Source: an uncultured virus (IMG/VR IMGVR_UViG_3300023174_000139) (taxonomy: Duplodnaviria > Heunggongvirae > Uroviricota > Caudoviricetes). From it: 20,000 nt of DNA. The position numbers and the translations under genes were made by a program. This document shows positions 1 to 10,100 of the stretch, piece by piece. The notes under the pieces were generated by a model, which saw nothing but the letters and a program-made list of their open reading frames with translations, had not been told where the DNA came from and ran no database searches. Location of the stretch: the IMG/VR virus record IMGVR_UViG_3300023174_000139; one strand, written 5' to 3'. Positions within the stretch are counted from its first letter, which is position 1, and every line of letters begins with the position of its first letter.

Positions 1-1
1 T

Positions 2-2656
2 ATTGTACCTCCAGAAGCAAGATCTGTATTTTGGAATGAAACTCCATTAGCTACAACAGAAGGATATTTAAATTTTAGATTTATTAACTTTAGATATGAT
101 TATGGCGCAACAAATGATCATACAGTTTCTTCTCCAAGAATAAATCTTTATGAAGATAGATATCACTATGATGGATATCTTGTAGATAGAAATAAATATC
201 CAGTAAAAACAGCTGTAACAAAAAATATTGGAGAAACTTTATTTGGACCATTTTTTTATAGTGGAACAGTTTCTGGTTTAGTTCCAACTAAAAAATATTA
301 TATTTATAATACAGAAGTAGAATCTATTAGAATTAATGTAATAGTTAATAATTTATTTGGCGCCATTATTTCTGGCGCTTACGCTGGAACAGTATCACCT
401 GATCAGATTCAATTTGGAGTTAGATTGTGGAGAGTTTTTTCCGATAGAAAAGAAGTAGTAGCTGTGCCAAATATAACTGTTCCAACAACTAATCCAAGAT
501 TATTTTCTTCAGATACATTTTATGTTAGAGGAAAGATACAAAATAATCCTACTCTAATTCATTATACCTTTCATCTTCGACCTACTGCAGAAAATGGATA
601 TTTTATAGATCTAATGCCAGATCAAATCGGTTGGGCATTTGAATTAAATAAAGTTACTTCAGAATTTAGTCAAGCTGCACGAAGCAATAGCACTACTGTA
701 GATAGTATAACTTTCGTATATCCAAATAAATTCACTTATCCAAATACAGCAATGGTTTATAATAATTTCAATGCAAAATATTTTGCAGAAATTCCAAATA
801 GAAAATATAAAATGCAATTATTAAAAGTTAAAGTTCCGATTAATTATGATCCAATTACTAAAAACTATAGCGGACCATGGAATGGTCAATTTAAATTAGC
901 TTGGACAGATAATCCCGCTTGGTGTTTGTATGATTTAATAACTAGTAATCGTTTTGGATTAGGAAGATATATAGACATGAATTTAACTGATAAATGGACA
1001 TTATATGAAATATCTCAATATTGCGATCAACTTGTTCCTGATGGTTTTGGAGGTTTAGAACCAAGATTTACATGTAATGTTTTGATTTCATCTAAACAAG
1101 AAGCATCAAAAATGTTAGATGACATGGCTTCTGTATTTAATGGAATATTATATTATTCCGCTGGACAATTATTTATAAATCAAGATCGGCCAAAGGATTC
1201 AATTTATTTATTTAATAATAGTAATGTTAAAAACGGAGAATTTAATTATTCAAGCAGTGCAAAGAAAGCTAGAAGATCTGTTGCGTTGGTTAGATATAAT
1301 GATGAAAATAATAATTATTTACCAGCCGTAGAATACGTAGAAGATAGATCAGCTTTATTAAAATATGGAATTAGAGAAGTAGAAATTAGCGCATTCGGGG
1401 CTACAAAAAGAAGCCAAGCAAAAAGAATGGGAAGATGGTTTTTAACAACAGAAAATTTAGAAACAGAAACGGTTGATTTTGAGGTTGGTTTAGATGGGGC
1501 TTTTTTAAGACCAGGTGATATAATAAAAATTTATGATCAAAATCAAAAATATCAAAATTTTGCAGGAAGGACTTTAGAACTTACTACTGGTTATGCAATT
1601 TTAGATGTACCATATAATGCTAATACTTTATTAGCAATAACTGGGTCGGTTAATACATTAGATATTAAATTTTTAACGCCAAGTTATAATTTAGATTATG
1701 GAACATACTTGGGTAATTTATATATAACTGGATATAGTCAAACATCTAGCGGAGTAACTGGACTAAATTCTGATTTTTTTAGAAGATCTCAAATTCAAAA
1801 TATTAGTATTAATAATCCTAAAAATTATATATCTCAAGGAACAGGTCAATATACTGGATATGTTGCATTTTCATTTCCAACAGCGTTAAGATCTAGTGGA
1901 TATTCATTACCGAAAAATACAGTTTGGACGTTTGATTATGATGCATCGTTGTATTCTGGTAATATATCAAATAGATATGGGATAAATAATCCAAATAATT
2001 TACTATATCCTGGATACTATTTAGAAGGATACTTGAATGATCTAGAGTCTTATAGAATAACGAATATTAATCAAAAAACAGATGAATCATATAATATAAC
2101 CGCCCTTAAATATGTGGATCAAAAATATACAGATATTGTTACTGGTGAAGCTCTAATATCTGTTCCAACCAAAATACCTCAACCTAATGATCCTAGTTTA
2201 ACTTTAAGTATTTTATATAGAGATACTGCTGGAAATTATGGACTCAATGGAGCATTTCCAGCGTATACTACAAATCAAGGAGGAATTAATTCTATTGCAT
2301 ATACTATTACTCCTCCAAATAATTCTGGAGTAGTATCATTCTATAATATGTATAGAAGGTTTAATAATCCATTTATAGCTGGTCAAGTTTTAGATCAAGA
2401 TTTATTTGATGCCCCACTTTCTCCATTAAGAAATCAAACTCTTGCTTTGCCTACTTCTACTGGTAGTCTACCATTTTTCTTCACTCCAACTGGAATAGGA
2501 ACATGGTATGTTGGCGTACAAGCGGTAAATCCTTATGAAGAAAAATCTAGTTTAATAACATCTTCAATTACATTAAGTCAACAAGCTCCTGCATCGTTTG
2601 TCGTAACTGGAGGTATAAATGTTGTGGGTGGTAGGGGAGGAACCCCAGGAAATTAA
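2..2656 (+). CDS. Tail tip / host-specificity protein, lambda gpJ-like (central tail fibre/hub); 5'-truncated by the window edge
   Basis: I read frame 2 as open from position 2 (IVPPEARSVFWNETPL...), so the TTG at 425 in the ORF track is internal. It carries J-family motifs: 'YPNTAMV...F..IPNRKY...KVKVPINYDPITKNYSGPWNGQFKLAWTDNPAWCLYDLITSNRFGLG', 'YCDQLVPDGFGGLEPRFTCN', 'QAKRMGRWFLTTE..ETETVDFEVGLDGAFLRPGDII'. The C-terminus is FN3-like ('WYVGVQAVN...S'). Confidence 0.9.
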   Translation: MVPPEARSVFWNETPLATTEGYLNFRFINFRYDYGATNDHTVSSPRINLYEDRYHYDGYLVDRNKYPVKTAVTKNIGETLFGPFFYSGTVSGLVPTKKYYIYNTEVESIRINVIVNNLFGAIISGAYAGTVSPDQIQFGVRLWRVFSDRKEVVAVPNITVPTTNPRLFSSDTFYVRGKIQNNPTLIHYTFHLRPTAENGYFIDLMPDQIGWAFELNKVTSEFSQAARSNSTTVDSITFVYPNKFTYPNTAMVYNNFNAKYFAEIPNRKYKMQLLKVKVPINYDPITKNYSGPWNGQFKLAWTDNPAWCLYDLITSNRFGLGRYIDMNLTDKWTLYEISQYCDQLVPDGFGGLEPRFTCNVLISSKQEASKMLDDMASVFNGILYYSAGQLFINQDRPKDSIYLFNNSNVKNGEFNYSSSAKKARRSVALVRYNDENNNYLPAVEYVEDRSALLKYGIREVEISAFGATKRSQAKRMGRWFLTTENLETETVDFEVGLDGAFLRPGDIIKIYDQNQKYQNFAGRTLELTTGYAILDVPYNANTLLAITGSVNTLDIKFLTPSYNLDYGTYLGNLYITGYSQTSSGVTGLNSDFFRRSQIQNISINNPKNYISQGTGQYTGYVAFSFPTALRSSGYSLPKNTVWTFDYDASLYSGNISNRYGINNPNNLLYPGYYLEGYLNDLESYRITNINQKTDESYNITALKYVDQKYTDIVTGEALISVPTKIPQPNDPSLTLSILYRDTAGNYGLNGAFPAYTTNQGGINSIAYTITPPNNSGVVSFYNMYRRFNNPFIAGQVLDQDLFDAPLSPLRNQTLALPTSTGSLPFFFTPTGIGTWYVGVQAVNPYEEKSSLITSSITLSQQAPASFVVTGGINVVGGRGGTPGN

Positions 2657-2665
2657 TTTTTATTT

Positions 2666-4144
2666 ATGAATTATAAAATATTAACAAAAAATATTGAGTT
2701 AGAATGGGATTTAAATGCTACTAGACCAGCATTTTTAGAAGAATCTTTTAATATTTTCAATGGAATAACTTATAATGTTAAAATTTTTGATGAAAAAAAT
2801 ATTCTAATAACTGAAGAAAAAGATATTCCAATTACAGAAAAAAATATACAAGATTTATTATGGTTAACTCATTTTGATTCAATGGAAGAGACACCCCTAG
2901 AAATGATGTGTTCTCCTCCAAGGCAATGGAAAACTTTTACATCAGACAAAAAAGTTGCAAGACAAAAATACATATATAATCTAGAAAAAAATTACTCTGA
3001 TTTTTTAGAAAAAAATAATATCAAAGGATTTTTTAAAAAATTAAAATTTATAATTGAATGTAAAGATTTTATAAATGAAATTGAAGTAGAATATTCTAAT
3101 ATAAATTTAGATCAATCAGTTGTTCAAAATATGTTTACAGATATACTAAAAAGTTCAGATAATTTTGGTATTAAATTAATATTAAATAGTGAAAAAATTA
3201 TAGAAAATAATATAAATGGATTTTATGTTATTCCTTATAAATATAAAAATAATCAAAAAATTAAATTAGAACAAATTTTTATATCTAATATAGATGAAAA
3301 ATGGTTAGATAATAATCAAAATATCAAAATTCTAACATTACCAATCAATGACTTAATTCTAGATGAAGAAATAATAGAAGTAGAAATTTTTTACTTCACC
3401 AAAGAGCAAATAGATTTTGTTAATTTTTTTAAAACAAAAATGACTAATTCAGAATTTAATGATTTTTTAATAGAAAATTTTACTAATCAACTATATAAAC
3501 CAGGTTTAATATTTAAAGAAAATTCTAGTAATCAAATAGTTGGTTTATATCAAGGAGTTCTTTATTTATTAAATAATGAAAGTTATCAAAAATTAAGTTG
3601 GCCAGAAACTAATATATCTCTATTAAATACAGAATTTAAAAAATATTTTATAAAATCAAATAAAGATACACAAGATTATACTCTTTCAATAGAAAATGAA
3701 GTATCTGTACCAGACGCAATACCAATAGATGAATATACGACAGACTTAATGATTCCAGATAATTTACTTGGCTATTACTTAAATAAGAATGATAATTTAA
3801 TATATAAAGACTTAAAATCTGATTTATTATATTTTAATAATACAAATATAAACAATATATCAATTATTGATGTTATAGAAAATCAAAATAAAACTTCTAT
3901 TTATTTAGAATGTATTACTCCATTTTCAAATCCAGATGAAATATATATAGAAACAAATACAACTAATTTAATTTTTATGCAAAAGTATTTTAAAGAAATA
4001 AATGGTCAAAATTATGTTACATTTTTATTAAATTATGAATACGATAATACTCCTACTAAGGAATATTTGACAAATAATTCAATTAATAAAGATCGCTTAA
4101 TACAAGGTAAAAGAAATATTAGTTTTAATATTAAATTGTATTAA
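2666..4144 (+). CDS. Hypothetical protein (492 aa), possibly tail-tip associated
   Basis: Long ORF with an ATG 9 nt after the J-like stop. Asn/Ile/Glu/Lys-rich and very AT-rich. No family recognised; the function guess is from position only. Confidence 0.75.
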   Translation: MNYKILTKNIELEWDLNATRPAFLEESFNIFNGITYNVKIFDEKNILITEEKDIPITEKNIQDLLWLTHFDSMEETPLEMMCSPPRQWKTFTSDKKVARQKYIYNLEKNYSDFLEKNNIKGFFKKLKFIIECKDFINEIEVEYSNINLDQSVVQNMFTDILKSSDNFGIKLILNSEKIIENNINGFYVIPYKYKNNQKIKLEQIFISNIDEKWLDNNQNIKILTLPINDLILDEEIIEVEIFYFTKEQIDFVNFFKTKMTNSEFNDFLIENFTNQLYKPGLIFKENSSNQIVGLYQGVLYLLNNESYQKLSWPETNISLLNTEFKKYFIKSNKDTQDYTLSIENEVSVPDAIPIDEYTTDLMIPDNLLGYYLNKNDNLIYKDLKSDLLYFNNTNINNISIIDVIENQNKTSIYLECITPFSNPDEIYIETNTTNLIFMQKYFKEINGQNYVTFLLNYEYDNTPTKEYLTNNSINKDRLIQGKRNISFNIKLY

Positions 4145-7100
4145 TTATTTTGATTTAGTTAGTAAACCGCCAGGTCTTTGCTGTTGAACTATAACTTTTA
4201 TAATTTCTGCTTTTAATTGATCTGCAAATTTAATAGCTTTTGCTTGACCTTCTGCTGAACTCATTGCTGAATTTTCAGAATTCATTTGTACATTTGAATC
4301 TGATCCGTTAACGTTTACAGTTATATTTATATTATTTTCTAAGTTATTTTCTGAAGTTTTTTTATTATTTATATCTGTTAAATTGTCACCTACCATTCCA
4401 CCATCTGCAAATTTTTTAATTTTTCCAGAATTTAACTTATCAAAAAATCCTCTTCCATATGTATTTACCGAATCTTTCTTCATTACGTATTCTCCGCCCA
4501 TTAACATCGCTGGAACATCATCTCTATTGCTGTATCCACCATTAGCATATCCTATAAACCCACCATTTTTTACGTATGTTGCATATTTATATCCATATCC
4601 TTTTCCAAAATCTCCAACTGCTGTCGCTTCTTGTCCTCCTACTTTAGTTTTTGATGAACCACCAAATAAACTTTTCAAAGCTGGTGCGCCATAATTACTT
4701 AAAGCTGAAGCTCCAAATCCTAATCCTGCCATAGCTAATGTTCCATAGGTTCCCATTTTTAATTGATTATTATAAGCGTCTTGTTGTTGTTGATTTAATT
4801 GATCTATTCTAGATTTTTCTTCTTTATTTCTTTGTATTGTATCTAAAATTGATTGTTTATTTTGTTCATATAAATCCATTCCACCAACTAGATAATCAAA
4901 AAGTTTCTTTCTATTTTGATCATTTACTCTATTTTGCGGATCATTTGGATCAGTTAAAGCTAATTGAGATAATAATGGATCAATTAAATACTCTCCAGCT
5001 GTTGGATAATTTGGATCATTATATGTATAAAATGCACCAAGGCTACTTCTAAATTCACCACCAGATGGATTATTTGAAGATAATAATTTTGAAAATGTTT
5101 GATTATATGACATATCTTTATTATCTAGCATTGCATTAATTGATTGAGCGAATAAATCCCTTGTAGCTGCATCGACTACTCTTCCAGGATCAGTTTCAGA
5201 AGCTGGGGTTTTATTTGAGTTTCTTAAATATTCAGCAATTAATTCATCACTAACATTACCACCATCTGCTTTTTTAACTACTCCCCCACCATTTAATTGA
5301 TTTAAAAATTTTGTACCATATTTATTTACAGAGGATTTTTTAACAACATATTCTCCATTACTTAACATTGCAGGAACATCGTCTTTTGTTCCAGATCCAC
5401 CCAAAACTTTTCCTCCTTCTGAAAATCCTTGTATATATCCACCTTTAGATCTACCTAATGGATTTTTAAATACGCTTGGTAAACCACCTATTGAACTAAA
5501 AAGACTATTTAATGCTAAGTTAGTTGTCATTTCAAGTGCAAGCTGTTGCATTCTTCTACTTATATTTAAAGCCATGGTTCTAAATGCATCTCCTACATTT
5601 TGAGTTCCATCTATAACAGATTGAAATGCATTATTGAATTCGCTCTTCATTGTTCTTGCTGTGTCGCCAGCTGTATTATTTAAATCTCTAAATGCATCCT
5701 GCACTCCATAGGTCATTTCATCTGAAAATGCTCCAAATATATCACTTGGTTTATTTGTTTTAGATCTTATTCTATCTTCTCTTGCTTTATTTTGCATTTG
5801 CTTGTATTCATCTGCAAATAATGTTCCTTCTTTAAATCCAGCTATAGCTCTTAAACTATCAGCAGCAGCAGATGCGGCTAAATTTAATGCTAATATATTA
5901 TTTCCAAGCTCCTTCTTTAGTTGAGCTTCTTTTTCTGTATAGATATTTAGCGCTTCAGTTCTGGTAACAGCATCACCAATTGATGATCCTAATTCCACTA
6001 AATTTTTAGTTGTCATACCAGCTTCTATGCTAGTTTGTTGAATTCCAATTTGTAATTCTGCTAAAGTCCTATCAGTTAAAACTCCACCGCCCGCGATCTC
6101 TTGCGCAGCTTTTTTATAAACTTGTCCAAATTTTCTTTCTAATTCAATTCTTTTTGTTGAATCTGCTGTGCCTCCTAAAATTCCTTGCATTGCAGCTGTA
6201 TTAGTACCCCTAAGAACATTTTCTGGTAAAAATTGCGCACCTTCATTTGTTTTTAAAAATTCTTTAAGTACGTTACCAAAATCACCTTGTTGAATAAATT
6301 TTGCAGCTTGTTGTCTTTGAGCGGCATCTTCTGAAAATAATTTCATTGTTTGTGACGTTAAATTAATATAATTTAATTGTGCATCTACTAGTTTTTTAAA
6401 TGTTTGGTCTACTATTTCAGATGATTTTCTTAAATTACCAAAAGTTTCTTGTAAAGCCTTTCCTTTTTCTTCTAAAGATTTGTTGCTATCTAATATAGTT
6501 TGTATTGAATTAGCTAGTTCCAGAGCTTTATCTTTTTGTAATTTTCCAGAATCTCCTAGTTGAATAATAAAATCTTTTAATCCTTTTCCAGAATCTTGAA
6601 TTGATTTTTGTAAATCTGCTTCATACATTTGTCTATTTACGTCAGTAATTTTCGCTTCGCCTCCCAAATTACCTGCAGTCCCCGTGAACTCTGTCTTTAT
6701 GTTGCTACCAAAACCAGCAGGCCCCGCATTTACTTGGGGAGAGGTTGTATTAAATCCAAATATATCATTTTTTGCAAATTCTTCTATACTCATTGTGGCT
6801 TTATCTGCTGCGATTGATGTTTGCTCTATAGATTTAGCTATTTGATCATTTATTCCATAGTATTTTTCTGAAGCAATTGTTAATGCGTCAAATGACTTCA
6901 ATAAGCCACTTTGTTGAGATATTAAATCTCCAATATATTCTCCATTTGTTGTTTTTATTGATCCTAATTGTCTTAACGTCTCGGTTAAATCTAAATTTTT
7001 AGCTCCATCTTTAAGTTGTTCATTGGTGGTTTGTATGAATTGATTTACAAAATTATTAGAAGCAATTTCATCATTTGCTCTTTGTATTGCTGATTGCAAT

Positions 7101-10100
7101 TGTTCTTCTGTACCAGATAATCCAGCTAAAAGTTCTTTTTGAATATCTTCACTTACAGAGGATAAAATCCTATTAAATGACGCAGATCTTTGGCCCCCTA
7201 ATTTAGTTAACTCATTTGGGGTAGCTTTTATTGCTCCAGCTTCTACTCCAGCAATCTTTTCTCTTGAAGTTAAAAACGCCTGAACATCTTCAGAAAATCT
7301 TGCTACTTTATTGCCAGATTCTCTTGAATTTTTAGCAAATTCTTCTGATCTGTCATTCAACTCTTTAAATGCTTTAGTTAAGCCAATTGTAACTCCAATT
7401 AATCCGCCAATAGCTGCACCCCATGGACCAAACAAAGCTCCTGTTCCAGCAAATGCTGCTGTATCACCTAAAACTGTTGTTCCAGCTCTAGCATATTTAT
7501 TATTTGGCATAAATTCTTGAGCGATTTGACTTACTATTGGAACAGCTATACTTGCGCCAATTCCGATTCCTTGCAATCTTCCAGCTGCATCAGCTCTTCT
7601 TTCTCTTGCTGCTTCTAATCCGCCTCGAGCTATTTCTCCACCTCTTCCTCCAGCAGCTGCTCTAGTTTCTAATTGTTTTAGAGATTTAGATCCTGTTATT
7701 AAATTTCCACTTGCAGCTACTAATGCGTCAGTTTCAACTACTAATCTTTGATAAGACTTGTCTGCGCGAGTTAATGTATTTCTTACTTTTTCTGTGCTCG
7801 TATCAATTAAATCAAATCTTTTAGCGAGTTGCGCTAATTTTGTATTAGCTTGATCAAAAGTTAATATTCCATTATAAACTTTTTTTGCAAGAGCTGCAAA
7901 AGCTGCATTAGCTTCTTTAGATGCGGGTAAAGCTTCTGGTCCAGCTTCAGTATGCTTGGCTGAATATAAAGCGAAATTAGGAATTAAACCTTTAGCTGCA
8001 CCTGCTCTACGAGCGTTATTTAGTGAACTATATCTTGAAATTCCTTGAGATAATCCTCTTGGTTCATCTTTAGTATTATAAACTCCAAGGCCACTAGGAT
8101 TCATATTAGACATTAAAGAATTACTTCTTCCAACTCTTATGGAATTTGGATTTATTCCAGCTTTCTTTTCTCTATTTATTGCTTCATTTAAAGCATTTGC
8201 GAAATTAGGAACAAATCCTCCAGAAAGATATTCAGAGTATGGAAGACTTGGATCGAAATTAGAATTGTAAGCTTTTTTAATAATACTAGCAATTGCGCCA
8301 GGACTGCCAGTTAATTTTGCATCTGCTTTTTGTAATTGTTCTCCAAATTTAAATCTCTTTTTAAAATTACCCGTAGCAGGACCTGCTTCTTCAAAATCAA
8401 ATGGTCTATTATCTTCATCATCAATAGATCTTATAAATTGTTTAGGAGTTTTTGTTGCGAGGGCAACTGCTGCTTCGAATATAGAACCTTCTGCTGTAGA
8501 TGGTATTAATTTTTTTCCTTTTAATGCACTTCTAACATCATTTAATGCAGCTGGAGAAGACGACTCATCTCTTAAAACTGTGCCAAGATATTTATGAGTT
8601 AAACTTGCTATTGGATCCAGAAGAGCTTCATTTACTAAATTAGTAAATTCACTTGGTCTTTTCTCTAAATTTCCTTCAAGACTTCTAACTTGAATATTAG
8701 AAAACGTAATCTTTTTATTTGCTAATTCTGGATTTTTTTTAACTGCTCCACTAAATGCTTTTAAGTTTCCAATACTAGTTGAAGCTGTTGCATTTTCTAT
8801 TCCAGCAGATACAGAAACAACTCCTAATCTTCCTTGGGTATCATAAAAACCACTATCATATTCTTTTTGTTTTGCTGCTTTTTTCTGTGCGCTTAATTCT
8901 TTTTCTGGTTTCCAATTAGCATCTCTTGCTGCTTTTTCACTAATTACTCCATTTGCAATTAATTTTGGAATTTGATAATTATTATAAGATGATACGTTTC
9001 CATTTTGATCCTTTATATCATAAAATGTTTTTGCAAAATTAGGAATAAACCCAGAGCTTGCATAAGGGTTAAATCCATGTTTATCAGAAAATGATTGTTT
9101 ATAATTTCTTCCAGCTTCACTTCCTTCTGGAGGCATAATTGCTGGTTGAGAAAATCCTGGCATTCTTTTCACTGTCTCTGCTGAATTATAAATAGTTTTT
9201 CCTACTCCAGGAATATTCATTTCTTTAATATTTCCTGGTTTATATCCACCAGCTAATGCGCCATAAATTTCTTGCATTACAAAATTTGGAATAAACCCAT
9301 CACTTCTTGTAGTAATTTGTCCACTTTTAGTACCTACTCCTTTACCAATTAATCCACTAGTAATTGAACGAGATAAAGCTGCTGCTTGTTCTCTTACAGC
9401 GTTTTGTTCTCTTAAAATTTGTAAAATTCTATTTTCTGTATCTAATACAGTAATTTGTTTAGATGCTATTGCTGAAAGAAGTTGTGGTTCTTGAGCAAGA
9501 ATACTTGAAATTTTTCCTTCAATAGCTGCTCTATCAGTAGCTTGTTTACCAATACCTAATAATGTTTTAGCAGAAGTAGCAGCAAATTTACTTAAATCTA
9601 AAAATAATTTTCCAATAACAGCGGTTATTAAAAGTAATCCAGGACCAGATATAAAAGTAGAAAGCCCACCTAAAATTCCAGCACCAATTTTAGCCCCAAC
9701 ACTTTCTGAATCTTGATTAGCTAATCCTTCTAATATATTATTTACATTTTTTAATGTTCCCTCGATTGCTGGTTGAAAAGCCCCAGCTCCAATTTTAGCT
9801 CCTAATTGAGTAAAGTTTGTTAATGTTCTGCTTGTTAAAGCAGATAAAGTTTCATTTAACGCTTCATTTCGTTTAATAGCTTGATCAGTTGCGCTTTTTG
9901 AAGTATTTAAAGCGTTATTATAAACAGAATATTCTTTACCCAAATCACCTAAAGCAGCTTTTAAAATATTAATTTGGAAAACACCACCAACACTTTCTGC
10001 AATTTGTGATTTTTGAGAATCAGAAAGAGTATCAAAAGTTGATGATAATTGTTTTAAAATATCAATTGCTGGACGAGTACTACCATCTAAATTTCTAACT

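Noticed and set aside
90..287. 65-aa minus-strand ORF
   Set aside because: It is an antisense shadow of the J-like gene, whose frame is open from position 2.
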